A stretch of DNA of 64,000 bases from Planctomycetota bacterium. GTDB lineage: Bacteria; Planctomycetota; GCA-002687715. Positions within the stretch are counted from its first letter, which is position 1; every line of letters begins with the position of its first letter. The translations under genes were made by a program, and so were the position numbers. The stretch is from the NCBI GenBank assembly GCA_009691765.1, contig SIAO01000004.1, positions 85,419 through 149,418 on the forward strand, read 5' to 3'. The notes beneath the pieces are model-generated. The model was not told where the DNA came from. It worked only from the letters and a program-made list of their open reading frames with translations, and searched no databases. Of the stretch, positions 37,885 to 47,745 are shown piece by piece.

Positions 37885-39198
37885 TTACAGGTTAGCAGGG
37901 GCCTGTTGTCCGGGCGAATCGGCTGCAAGCGCCTGCGAACGCAGTGCCACTCCAGATGCAAACAACGTACTGATGACGGACCCCACCGGCACTTCGCCAG
38001 CGCTGCGCACAATGCGACCGTCGGCGTGGCGCGTCAGCGTGAAGCCGCGCGCCATGACCGCCAGCGGATTGAGTGCCATGAGCGAACCCGCAGCTCGTTC
38101 GAGCACAGCCTTGCGCGTAGCGACGCAGTGCAACGGCAACGAATAAAGCTGTTGGCGCAAGCGCTCTAGTCTCTGCTGCTGCGCGCTCCATTGCCGCCGC
38201 GGACTAGCGCCAATAAGGCATTCGAAAAGTGTGTTGAGACGCGGACGCCGCTTCATGGCGACGCTGCGCGCGGCATGGTGCAATCGTTCCCGTACAGCCT
38301 CCAACCCAAATGTGAATTCGCGCAATGTGCGGCGCAGCGTGCGCAGCGAGCGTGTCTCGTAGGCCTCGAGTTGTTGTTGCAAGTCCGCCAAAGCGGGCAC
38401 CGCGCGTTCCCCGCCTTCCGTGGGTGTGAACGCACGCACATCGGCGACAAGATCGGCCAGCGTGACGTCGATCTCGTGGCCCACAGCGCTGATCACCGGC
38501 AAGCGCGTGGCAGCAATGGCGCGCACCAAAGTCTCGTCGTTGAAGGCCCAAAGGTCTTCCACCGAACCACCGCCGCGCCCGATGATGATGACGTCAACAT
38601 CGGCGTGTCGATCCACGCGACGCAGTGCTGCGCAGAGTTCTGCAACGGCTTCGGCGCCTTGTACGCGCGCTGGAGCCAGCACGATGGGCATGCCGGGGAA
38701 CCGTTTCCAGATGGCTTTCTTGATGTCTTCAATCGCGGCGCCCGTGGCCGAAGTCACCACACCGACACTGCGCGGCAAGAATGGCAACGCGCGCTTGCGT
38801 TCAGGAGCGGTTAGGCCTTCAGCATCCAGTTTCGCTTTCAACGCGAGAAACGCCTGACGGATGGCGCCTTCGCCTTCTGGCTGAATGCTGCGTACCACGA
38901 GCTGGTAGCTGCCACGCGCTGGATACACCGACACGGTGCCGCGCAAGATGACGCGCGCGCCATCCACGGGCTTGAAGCGGCTGGCCCGTGCAGCACCAGC
39001 GAACAAGGCACAGGCAACGCTGGCTTCAGCGTCTTTCAAATTGAAGTAGGTGTGACCGCTCGGTTGCACGATCGCGCGCGAGATTTCGCCGCACACGCAA
39101 ACGTCACCCAACTGCTCTTCAAGCAAGTCCCGTGCCAACTGATTCAGTTCCAGCACGCTCAGTGGCCGTGCCGCGGCGCTCTTGCCCATGAAACTCAT
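37885..39198 (-). CDS. xseA: exodeoxyribonuclease VII large subunit
   Basis: N-terminal OB fold, IGRGGGSVEDLWAFNDE catalytic region and a coiled-coil C-terminus. ATGA overlap with the upstream gene. Confidence 0.9.
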   Translation of the reverse strand: MSFMGKSAAARPLSVLELNQLARDLLEEQLGDVCVCGEISRAIVQPSGHTYFNLKDAEASVACALFAGAARASRFKPVDGARVILRGTVSVYPARGSYQLVVRSIQPEGEGAIRQAFLALKAKLDAEGLTAPERKRALPFLPRSVGVVTSATGAAIEDIKKAIWKRFPGMPIVLAPARVQGAEAVAELCAALRRVDRHADVDVIIIGRGGGSVEDLWAFNDETLVRAIAATRLPVISAVGHEIDVTLADLVADVRAFTPTEGGERAVPALADLQQQLEAYETRSLRTLRRTLREFTFGLEAVRERLHHAARSVAMKRRPRLNTLFECLIGASPRRQWSAQQQRLERLRQQLYSLPLHCVATRKAVLERAAGSLMALNPLAVMARGFTLTRHADGRIVRSAGEVPVGSVISTLFASGVALRSQALAADSPGQQAPANL

Positions 39199-40412
39199 CG
39201 TGCTGCAGCCAACGTGAACGGCAAACGCGCACTGGTCCACGCATCAGATTCCACGCCCACGAGCACAATCTGATAACGCTCGTTGAAGAACGGCGAACGC
39301 ACGGGACGAGCCACGCCCTGATGAAACGTGACATTGCCGCGCTGGAAAGTAAGTTCCAAGAGTCGTGTTCGCGCTGTGAGAGCAATGCTGAGTTTGTCAG
39401 CTTCCACCACGCGGGAGAGTTGGTCGTCCCTGCTGCGCACTTCAACGACCACACCAAGGAGCCCTGTTTCGTCCACGCCAGTGCAGGAACGCACAACATG
39501 CTTCTCGTAACCACTGTGACGCGCGAGCAAAGCATTGACGGTGGCGATAAACGCATCATCTACCGCTTGCGGCGCTGGCGATGCTGTGCCTACTGGCGCT
39601 GCGTCTTTGGCCCCACTGCCGTGAGTCAGCATGGATACAGGATGCGGCAAAGCTGCGCGAGCATTCTCCAGAGCCTTGTTCAATTCTGCGACGAGCTTTT
39701 GATCAGCCAACGCACGCTCAGTAAGCCGCGCGAGCTCCATGTCACTCTGACGCAAGCGATCGTTCAGAGTCTGTTCACGCTGCACACCGCTTTCGCTCCG
39801 CGCTTCGGCACTGGCGAGGTTCTTGCGCGCCTCGTCACGTTCACGCTCCAAACGCGCGCGTTCAAACGCGTTGGCTTCGAAGGCCGAACGGAGTTTCTGA
39901 ACTTCTTCGAGCAGCACTTCGCGCTCGCGACCTTCCACGCCTTGCAAGCGTTGTTCCAGCAATGTGAGCGCCTGCTCACGCTCTTTGTCGTTGGCAAACT
40001 CGCGGCCGAGCCCTTCACTGACGTCTTTGCCAAAATGCAGCACCGAAAAAGTCACCGCTCCAGCGAGCACCACGAAACCGAGCGCCACAACCAGCAGCAG
40101 ACGCTTGCGCGCTGGGCGTGAGTCTTCCAGCGTGTTGACCAACTGCTCTTGGGACTGGCGCATGGCGGCGAAGGAGTCGTTCAACGCCTGCGCGGAACGA
40201 ATCATCAAGTCCGAACGGCCGCGGTCGCGGACTTCTTCACCCAACTTCTTTTGCTCTTCGTGCAGACGCCGCAACACTTCGGCCTGCATCTGCAACGCTG
40301 TCGTCAAACCCTCGACGGGCGCCACATCGCGACGCGGCTGTACCGCTGGTGCCTGATCGCCGACCGGCCCTTGAACATCGTCATCGCTCTTGCCGTGATG
40401 TGCTTCGCTCAC
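39195..40412 (-). CDS. coiled-coil membrane protein, hypothetical
   Basis: Single TM (LLLVVALGFVVLAGAVTFSVL) followed by a long E/R/L-rich coiled coil. Confidence 0.45.
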   Translation of the reverse strand: MSEAHHGKSDDDVQGPVGDQAPAVQPRRDVAPVEGLTTALQMQAEVLRRLHEEQKKLGEEVRDRGRSDLMIRSAQALNDSFAAMRQSQEQLVNTLEDSRPARKRLLLVVALGFVVLAGAVTFSVLHFGKDVSEGLGREFANDKEREQALTLLEQRLQGVEGREREVLLEEVQKLRSAFEANAFERARLERERDEARKNLASAEARSESGVQREQTLNDRLRQSDMELARLTERALADQKLVAELNKALENARAALPHPVSMLTHGSGAKDAAPVGTASPAPQAVDDAFIATVNALLARHSGYEKHVVRSCTGVDETGLLGVVVEVRSRDDQLSRVVEADKLSIALTARTRLLELTFQRGNVTFHQGVARPVRSPFFNERYQIVLVGVESDAWTSARLPFTLAAAR

Positions 40413-40996
40413 AAACCGCCTCCGCCAGCGCTCGGGACGCGCAATAACGCTGACAACTCCACGGTTCCGAGATTATCGAGAGCATGCCGCGGAAAGCGCC
40501 GCGCCTTCAACGCCACACCATTCAGCCATCCTGAAGTGCTGTCGCCAAAGGCCACGCCCGTGGCCGCGACGAGACTGCAACGACGCTGCGTCCCAGGTTG
40601 CAAGGGGCGCAACACTGCGCCTTCGAGAACAGTGCCCCAGACGCTCCCGTCTTGGGCGCCGACACGCAAACTCACGCTGCCGTCGCTAGTCTCAAGCCGC
40701 GCTTGAGCCAGATCTACAACGAGTTCGGTCTTCCCCTGATTCTCGAGCAACACATCGACTCGCGCCTCGCCACCCCAAGCACTCGCTTCCAATTCACGGC
40801 GCTGTGGTGAGTGATGACGTTGCATCACTAACACTGCGAGCCCATTGGATTCACCAAACAACACGATGACTTCTGCGGGCTCGGCGTAAAACGGCGCCGG
40901 CGGCGCTTCGTCTTTCGCTTCCGTCAGCATTGCTACACGCAACAGCAGCACTGCACTGAGCAGCGCCATCGTGATCAACAACAAAATGCGCGGCAT
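40409..40996 (-). CDS. membrane-anchored hypothetical protein
   Basis: Start MPRILLLITMALLSAVLLL gives a signal-anchor. ATGA-type overlap with the next gene. Confidence 0.4.
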   Translation of the reverse strand: MPRILLLITMALLSAVLLLRVAMLTEAKDEAPPAPFYAEPAEVIVLFGESNGLAVLVMQRHHSPQRRELEASAWGGEARVDVLLENQGKTELVVDLAQARLETSDGSVSLRVGAQDGSVWGTVLEGAVLRPLQPGTQRRCSLVAATGVAFGDSTSGWLNGVALKARRFPRHALDNLGTVELSALLRVPSAGGGGL

Positions 40997-41003
40997 CAGA
41001 CGC

Positions 41004-41753
41004 TCACCATTCGGTCGCCTTCTTGCCCGTATCGTTCCACCACTTCTGCCAAGCGGGCGCGCCCTCCACACCTGCCTTCACATTGGTCAGCAATTTCAAA
41101 CTGCCTTCCATGGCGCGGTTGATCTTTTGCAAGTTGTTCTTGGCGGTGGTGTCGCGCGGATCGTTCGCAGCACTCCACGCGCTGCTGTAAATCTTGAGCA
41201 TGGAATCCACAGCTTCCTTGCGCACAGACACAGGGCTCTCCTTGTAGTACCCAAGCGCTTCGCTAGCCGAGCCGCGCACGTCCCAATCTTTGTACTGCAA
41301 GTACTTGGTCAACACACTGAGATGTTTGCTGGAGTGCAACTTGCCGAGCGCCACCAAGACTTGACTGTGATACGTGAGATCGTCCGCCGTTGTCTTCTTC
41401 GCGACTTCATCCACCAAAACCTTCGCGGAGGTATCTGCGTCCTTGTCTTTCTCGCCGCCACCCATGAGCGCGATAGACTCGACGACGACACCGCGAGTCT
41501 TGCTCGTCTTGCTGCCGAGACACTTGGGCAAGAGCGTGTGGACTTCTTTGCGCTGCGCCGCATCAACTGCGGCCCACTTCTCCGCAACGAGTTTCACGAA
41601 GTGCTCGATGTCGCCATCGGACTTGCCTTTGACCGCAGTGCGCAGCCCTGTCAACGCTTCGGTCGCGGCGGCCTTATCGGCATCGGACACTTGAGCGGAA
41701 ACAGCCACGAGCAACAACAGCAAACACGACAGAGATCGGAGCATGAGGATCAT
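41004..41753 (-). CDS. secreted HEAT-repeat protein
   Basis: Signal peptide and PBS-lyase/HEAT-like repeats (DWDVRGSASEALG). Lys-rich. Confidence 0.5.
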   Translation of the reverse strand: MILMLRSLSCLLLLLVAVSAQVSDADKAAATEALTGLRTAVKGKSDGDIEHFVKLVAEKWAAVDAAQRKEVHTLLPKCLGSKTSKTRGVVVESIALMGGGEKDKDADTSAKVLVDEVAKKTTADDLTYHSQVLVALGKLHSSKHLSVLTKYLQYKDWDVRGSASEALGYYKESPVSVRKEAVDSMLKIYSSAWSAANDPRDTTAKNNLQKINRAMEGSLKLLTNVKAGVEGAPAWQKWWNDTGKKATEW

Positions 41754-41816
41754 GATGTGCAGTCTCCTGCGGGGTGCCTGATTTTCAGGCTCTTAGGCTA
41801 CGGCTGCAAGTGGGCT

Positions 41817-42638
41817 TCAGCCCAAGAAAGCCGAATAGGCCGCCCGGAGGCGACAAGTGGTAGGCCCATCTACGTTAGCCAGTGGGGTGCCCTCGAACGA
41901 AGCCAAAGCTCGCACGCCACGCACTGAGCCTGAAATGAAGGCTTCACTATAGCCATGCAGGTCCTGAACCGTGAACGGGGTTTCGTGGCAAGGGATGCCC
42001 TCGCGGCGCGCCAGTTCGAGCAGGACTTCCCGAGTGATGCCCGGCAGAATCGGCAGGCTGAGCGGCGCCGTGAACAAGGCGCCACCTTTCACGAGGAACA
42101 CGGAGGACCGTGTGCCTTCGAGGATTGCTCCATCCGGCAAAGTGAACAGAACTTCGTCGAGTCCGCGGCTGGCACCTTCCAAATGCGCCAAACGCGCCTG
42201 CAAGTTGTTGAGAGTCTTGTGCGCCGCCAAAGGGCGCGGCCCTTGGAACGCACGAGCAGCGAGGCCCACCTGAGCGGGCAACATGCGGTCTGCGGGCAGC
42301 GGATCGGAGACGATGAGGCGGCGCGTGCGCCCGGAGTCATGAAGCAACACCACGCGCAGCAGGCCAGAACCGTGAGACATGCGCGTAACAACGGAGCCAA
42401 CCTCAGCGCTCAACAATTCCGCTGACGGAGGCGCAGGCAGGCCGAGCATGTGAGCAGAAGCCAGCAAGCGGCCGAGATGACGCTGCAACAACGGCGCGTG
42501 GCCACGCAGCACGAGCATGGTCTCGTAAAGCCCTTCGCCAGCATTCAGCGCAGGATCACGAACTCCAAGCGCGACCGTAGGCGACACGAGAAAATCGCCG
42601 TCCACAAGCACTGGATATTGCGCTCCGTCTATTGCCAT
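41817..42638 (-). CDS. pabC: aminodeoxychorismate lyase / class IV aminotransferase
   Basis: Fold-type IV PLP enzyme (EVLFTLPDGAILEGTRSSVFLV). Overlaps the pabB stop. Confidence 0.7.
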   Translation of the reverse strand: MAIDGAQYPVLVDGDFLVSPTVALGVRDPALNAGEGLYETMLVLRGHAPLLQRHLGRLLASAHMLGLPAPPSAELLSAEVGSVVTRMSHGSGLLRVVLLHDSGRTRRLIVSDPLPADRMLPAQVGLAARAFQGPRPLAAHKTLNNLQARLAHLEGASRGLDEVLFTLPDGAILEGTRSSVFLVKGGALFTAPLSLPILPGITREVLLELARREGIPCHETPFTVQDLHGYSEAFISGSVRGVRALASFEGTPLANVDGPTTCRLRAAYSAFLG

Positions 42639-43972
42639 GCCGAAAGCAACGCCGCCAATTTGTGGCGCGTCTCCTCTTCTTCACGTTGCGGATCTGAATC
42701 CAGCACGATGCCACCGCCTCCATGGAGAATCATGGAATCACCTGCCGTAAACGCAGAGCGGATGATGATGTTCCAATCACTGCGGCCATCGTAGCCAATC
42801 CAACCGAGCGTGCCGCAATACGGCCCACGCTGCTGCGCTTCCAGGGCGTCGATGATTTCCATGGCACGAATACGCGGAGCACCGGTGATGGAACCGCCCG
42901 GCAAAGTGGCGCGCAAAAGCGTTGCCACCGATTCCCCCGGCAGCAGGCGCCCGCGTATTTCTGCGACGAGGTGATGCACCGTGGCGTGCTGCTCCAATTC
43001 CATCGCACTCAACACCTCGACGCTGCCGACGCGACACACGCGCGAGAGATCGTTGCGCAGAATGTCCACGATCATGGCCAGCTCGGCGCGGTCTTTCACC
43101 GAGTGTTGCAATGCCGTCGCTGCTGCTTGATCTTCGTGCTGCGTGCGCCCGCGCGGCGCTGTGCCCTTGATGGGGCGCGTCGTCACTATGTCGCCGTCCA
43201 CACGCAAGAACCGCTCGGGCGAGAAACACAGCAACGCTTCACCCTGCGCTTCGAGATAACCACCAAAGGTTGGCGGATTCAACGTACGTAAGTGGCGGTA
43301 GCACGCGACGGTGTCAGCCGGCCGCGGCATGCGCCACGCTTGCGCCAGATTCGCTTGATAAATGTCGCCGGCGAGAATGTGCTCGCGAGCTGCGGCGACG
43401 CGCACGTGGTGTGCAGCAGCATTCGGTGGGATGAGCGCCCCTCGCGGCGGCGACCACAGCACTCGCGGAGGCGGTGTTGCGAGCAAGCGCAGCACGCTTG
43501 CGGCGAGTTCGCGAGTTTGCTGCGTCTCTGCAGCATCGTGCGGCGCCTCGCAAACGAGCAAGGTGCCTTGGCCGCTCACTTCATCACGCACGAGCACGAC
43601 GCGGACTTCCAGCAATAGTGCGTCTGGGAGGTTAGTGATGCGCGCATGGCGTGAGGGCAAACGCTCCACCAAATGGCGTGTCTCATAGGACAACAAGGCC
43701 ACCCATCCTCCGGGGAAGGGCCCGTCTGATGGATCCATGCGCGGCGCCCGCGCGAGTTCACTCTCAAGAGCCGCTAATGGATCGCCAACATCTCCCTGCT
43801 GCCATGTGAAAACACGGCGCTGCGAAAACGCCAGCATGCTGGTGCGACCGAAGCGCCCGCCCGCACCGCTATCGAAAAGCACTGGGTTGAGCGCATGCAG
43901 TTGCGCGAGCAGTGCGCCAGCATCGGGCACAGCTCCTAGCGCATGAGTCTGCAAACGCAGCGTTGCGGTCAT
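42629..43972 (-). CDS. pabB: aminodeoxychorismate synthase component I
   Basis: Chorismate-binding family: PIKGTAPRG, LRNDLSRV and GGSITGAPRIRAMEII. Confidence 0.8.
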   Translation of the reverse strand: MTATLRLQTHALGAVPDAGALLAQLHALNPVLFDSGAGGRFGRTSMLAFSQRRVFTWQQGDVGDPLAALESELARAPRMDPSDGPFPGGWVALLSYETRHLVERLPSRHARITNLPDALLLEVRVVLVRDEVSGQGTLLVCEAPHDAAETQQTRELAASVLRLLATPPPRVLWSPPRGALIPPNAAAHHVRVAAAREHILAGDIYQANLAQAWRMPRPADTVACYRHLRTLNPPTFGGYLEAQGEALLCFSPERFLRVDGDIVTTRPIKGTAPRGRTQHEDQAAATALQHSVKDRAELAMIVDILRNDLSRVCRVGSVEVLSAMELEQHATVHHLVAEIRGRLLPGESVATLLRATLPGGSITGAPRIRAMEIIDALEAQQRGPYCGTLGWIGYDGRSDWNIIIRSAFTAGDSMILHGGGGIVLDSDPQREEEETRHKLAALLSAWQ

Positions 43973-43997
43973 GCGGCGAGTCTATCGCTTCAGGCGT

Positions 43998-44972
43998 ATG
44001 CTCTCGCTCGTGAAGCACGCCGCTGAGTATTTACGCCATCTCGAACACGCGCGTGGCGCTTCGGAACTCACGGTCAGCGCCTACGCACGCGACCTCGCGC
44101 AACTTTCACAAGTGCACGGCGGACAAGCGTGTGACCCCACGCGACTGACCACAGCGAACTTGAAAGCGCACGTCGTGGCTTTGCTCGGACGCGGCTTGGG
44201 ACGCGCGTCCGTGGCCAGACATGTTTCCTCTATCCGCGGTTTGTATCGCTGGTTGTTGGCGAGTGGCAAAGTCACTGCCGATCCAACAACCGCAATCCGC
44301 GTGCCGCGCCCTCGCCGCGCTTTGCCACGCGCGCTGTCGAATACAGATTTGCAACGCCTGCTTGCCGCTCCCGTGGGAGAAAACTTCGTCGACACTCGCG
44401 ACCGGGCGGTGCTGGAAGTGCTCTACAGCTCTGGAATGCGTGTGGCCGAACTCGCGGGGCTGGAACTCGAAGCCATTGATTCCAGCGGCGGAATCGTGCG
44501 AGTCCTTGGCAAGGGTCGCAAAGAACGCTTGTGCTTTCTTGGAAGCCACGCACTGGAAGCGCTTGAAGCATGGTGGCCCTTACGCAAATCCATGTGCCGC
44601 GGCCGCGAGCGCCAACGCGTGTTCTTGAACCGCCTTGGAACGCCGCTCACGGATCGTAGTGTGCGGCGCATTCTTGAGCGCTGCATTCGGCGCGCTGGCA
44701 TGCCGCGCGGCATCTCACCGCACACGCTGCGCCACACTTTCGCGACGCATTTACTGCTGGCAGGTGCCGGGCTGAAAGAAGTGCAAGAAATGCTGGGCCA
44801 CCGCCAGCTCTCCAGCACGCAGATCTACACACACGTCACGCCATCACATTTGAAAACGGTGTATGAGGCAGCGCACCCGCGAGCAAAACTCAGTCGGAAG
44901 CTTCTTCGTGGTGGCGCAGATACCACGCCAGCATCGTCCCGACGCAACGCTCGCACCAAGAGTGCTCCGTAA
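43998..44972 (+). CDS. xerC: tyrosine recombinase XerC/XerD
   Basis: R...HxxR...Y catalytic tetrad (HTLRHTFATHLL...IYTHV) and an N-terminal SAM-like domain. The track ORF starts at 43971. Confidence 0.8.
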   Translation: MLSLVKHAAEYLRHLEHARGASELTVSAYARDLAQLSQVHGGQACDPTRLTTANLKAHVVALLGRGLGRASVARHVSSIRGLYRWLLASGKVTADPTTAIRVPRPRRALPRALSNTDLQRLLAAPVGENFVDTRDRAVLEVLYSSGMRVAELAGLELEAIDSSGGIVRVLGKGRKERLCFLGSHALEALEAWWPLRKSMCRGRERQRVFLNRLGTPLTDRSVRRILERCIRRAGMPRGISPHTLRHTFATHLLLAGAGLKEVQEMLGHRQLSSTQIYTHVTPSHLKTVYEAAHPRAKLSRKLLRGGADTTPASSRRNARTKSAP

Positions 44973-47151
44973 TCAGGCGCGTGCCGAAAGCCGTTGCGGC
45001 CTCGCGGCGCTCCTTGTCTAATTCTTGGCCTGTGCCCATGAGCACCTGCATGGAGTCGCGCACCAATTGCAAAACTTTCGACTCGCGTTCGCGATAGAAG
45101 CTGCGTTCCAGAGCACGGAACTGAACTTGGAATAGCTCGCGCAGCACCAGCGGTGCCTCGGGGTTGCCAAGGCGGAAAGCAGCAATGCGCCGAATGATGT
45201 TGCTGCGAAACTCCTCAGCGCCGCTGCTGACACCCATGAGGCGTTCAACATCTTCCATCAGGCGCCGGTCCGGCTGACGCGCCTCACGAGTCCGTGGGTC
45301 GGCCACGCTCTCGCCAGTGCCGAAAGCTTTAATTTCGCGGATCCAATCGGCGAAGAGGCGATCCGCTTCGCGCTCGTCCACCAATTGCGATGCACTGCGT
45401 AATTCGCGAGAGAGTGCACGGATAAGCTCCTCGCGCGCCGTGGTAATAAACGCCTCAGACTGACCATAGGCGCCATTCGCAGGCACACGCAAGAAGGCAT
45501 AGAGCGTCGGATCGCTGAGCAAGCGTGGTAGTGCCTCCAGCAAATCCATAGGCAGAATGCACTCGCCGTGTTTCTCCACCGCTACTTCCGAAAGCAAGTT
45601 CAGCATTTCGCGCGGCGAAGCACCGCAGCGGCCTTCGTACGCCGCTTCAACGCATTCTTCGAACTCATCTTCGGCTCCGTCCCATTCAGTCGCTATGACC
45701 TCTGCTGACTCGCGCAGTAATTGCTGTTCCTGCTCGTCGAGATTGTCCGGCAGCGTGCCATCTTCGTAGAAGCGTGCCTTCTCGATGGGCGCGAGTTTGC
45801 GCACCACTTTGGCCAGCACACCTTCGTAGGCCGCCACATCTGGACGACGCAATCGTGTGAGCACCGCGAATAACGCTGTGACCATAGACGCGTGCGGCGC
45901 CACATGACTGCTGCGCGCCACGGATGCCAAATGGCGCTCGTAGATTTGCGCTTCGTCGGACCAGCGTCGCAAATACGGCACGCGCACGAATTCCATGCGC
46001 CCCTTGAAACTTGGGAAACTCGGATCGCGCTTGAAGGCCGCGAGGTACTTCTCGTCGGAGGTCCCGACGAACAAGAGATCCAGTGCCACCGTCATGGAGG
46101 GCAAGTTCACAAAACCGCGCTCGACGGTGGTCAGCAGATACTTGTTCGCTTCCAAGGCGCGCTTCAAGAAATCGCTGTATTCCGCCACGCCGTGATTGGC
46201 ATCGACCAAGTCGCCGTGCGCTTCGTGCATCTCCTCGTGTGAGAGCACCGCGGGCAGCCCCTCCATCGATGCGTGCGTAAGCATGCGCGTGCCAGCGTCC
46301 ACGGTTGTCTGCGGTTCGATGGTCACCGCGCCAGTGCGGTAGCGATGCGAGATGTAATAACGCTCTACGCGCACATGGCGCAGCACTTGGCGCCAATCGC
46401 CTTTGTAACTGCGCAACAAAGCCTCATAGAGCACCTTATTCTTGGGCGACAATTCACCTTTCAAGAGCAACTCGCTCGGCACATAGCGTGCGCGATCTTC
46501 TTCCGTGGCTGCTTCGAGTGCCTCATTGATGATCTCGACGCGCCGCTTCTTGGGGATGAGCAACCATGGCGGGTCTTTCATCTCGCAAGGCAGGCGACTG
46601 CTAATCAAGCGGTCATCCATGTTTGCGAGAGAGCTGTCCTCTGCGGCACTGAGCTTGCCGCCGAATCCAAGCTCTCCCTTGTCGCCGCGTTCGCAAAAAA
46701 CCCACGAGAAACGAAATAGCGGGCAGGCTTCGTCGCGGCTGTAGGCTTCAAGCCCAGAGCGGATGCAGTCAACAAGGCTGCTCTTCGAAGCGCCATTGGG
46801 GCCATGCAGCAACACGAAGCGGTCACAGCGCCCGCGCTCCGCAAAGCCCGAGATCACTTCATAAATGCGGTTCTGCACCGGCTCTTGACCAAAGACTTGA
46901 GCTGCGCCATCTCCGCCTGGGTCATCGAACAGCATGAAGCGCCGTTGCTTGCCACCCAGCCCATCCACTTCGTAGGCGCCGTAATGCTCGAACATGTCGC
47001 GCAGCACTTGGTGCACATTGCGTGTGAGCGTGTACGGCCGCAGCAGTAAGAGCTCGAGGTACTCCTCGAAAGAGAGCTGCACACGCTTGGCGGCGAAGGC
47101 TTCCTTCGACATTTGCGCGATGCGCTCGATGGTCTTGTCAGCTTGCATAGC
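44890..47151 (-). CDS. prkA: PrkA-family serine protein kinase (AAA-like)
   Basis: MQADKTIERIAQMSKEAFAAKRVQLSFEEYL and LLHGPNGASKSS are colinear with YeaG/PrkA. Confidence 0.85.
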   Translation of the reverse strand, partial: AMQADKTIERIAQMSKEAFAAKRVQLSFEEYLELLLLRPYTLTRNVHQVLRDMFEHYGAYEVDGLGGKQRRFMLFDDPGGDGAAQVFGQEPVQNRIYEVISGFAERGRCDRFVLLHGPNGASKSSLVDCIRSGLEAYSRDEACPLFRFSWVFCERGDKGELGFGGKLSAAEDSSLANMDDRLISSRLPCEMKDPPWLLIPKKRRVEIINEALEAATEEDRARYVPSELLLKGELSPKNKVLYEALLRSYKGDWRQVLRHVRVERYYISHRYRTGAVTIEPQTTVDAGTRMLTHASMEGLPAVLSHEEMHEAHGDLVDANHGVAEYSDFLKRALEANKYLLTTVERGFVNLPSMTVALDLLFVGTSDEKYLAAFKRDPSFPSFKGRMEFVRVPYLRRWSDEAQIYERHLASVARSSHVAPHASMVTALFAVLTRLRRPDVAAYEGVLAKVVRKLAPIEKARFYEDGTLPDNLDEQEQQLLRESAEVIATEWDGAEDEFEECVEAAYEGRCGASPREMLNLLSEVAVEKHGECILPMDLLEALPRLLSDPTLYAFLRVPANGAYGQSEAFITTAREELIRALSRELRSASQLVDEREADRLFADWIREIKAFGTGESVADPRTREARQPDRRLMEDVERLMGVSSGAEEFRSNIIRRIAAFRLGNPEAPLVLRELFQVQFRALERSFYRERESKVLQLVRDSMQVLMGTGQELDKERREAATAFGTRLITEHSWCERCVGTMLAWYLRHHEEASD

Positions 47152-47518
47152 GCAGCCCTCATCAAGCAGATACGCAGCCGCAACCCGAGCGAACAGACGC
47201 AACCTGCCGTGGTGGACTTATCGGCGCGGCGGGGTGGGTTTGCAGTAGAAAAACAATTTCCGCTCACACCTATTTGGGCTGCCATAACTCAAAGCTGCGA
47301 GACCGGTTGGGAACCCCGACTTTGCCCTGCACCCAAGATTCGGGTGAGTGAAACCCCGTCTCATTGGTCACAAGATGCCTCACCAAGCCACTCTCCAAGG
47401 CGGTGTTGGTCATCGTGGTGTATTGCGCCTGAAAACACCGACGAATAGCAGTAGCGAGTCGGCGACCAGTTTCACTGAAACAGAACCAACGCCGCCAGTC
47501 GATACCCGCATTCCGCCA

Positions 47519-47558
47519 CAAAAAACAACGCCCGCACTCGTGGTGACGGGTGCGGGCG
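47519..47558 (-). terminator. rho-independent terminator downstream of tRNA-Glu
   Basis: Perfect 9-bp stem cgcccgcac/gtgcgggcg with a 12-nt loop. On the minus strand it is followed by TTGTTTTTTG. Confidence 0.65.
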
Positions 47559-47567
47559 ATGAAATCA

Positions 47568-47642
47568 TGACCCCGACGGGATTTGAACCCGTGTTACCAG
47601 GATGAAAACCTGATGTCCTAGACCTGGCTAGACGACGGGGCC
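47568..47642 (-). tRNA. tRNA-Glu (UUC)
   Basis: A cloverleaf can be drawn: acceptor GGCCCCG/CGGGGTC, anticodon loop TTTTCAT, T-loop GGTTCAAAT. CCA is not encoded. Confidence 0.85.
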
Positions 47643-47745
47643 GAGCGGAGACAGGGTATCAAGGCCTCCTGCCTGTTCCAGATGCGAGGAGCCAATGCCG
47701 CGATGAACCAAACCAACCCTCTGCACAGCCTGTAACATCAGGCCA

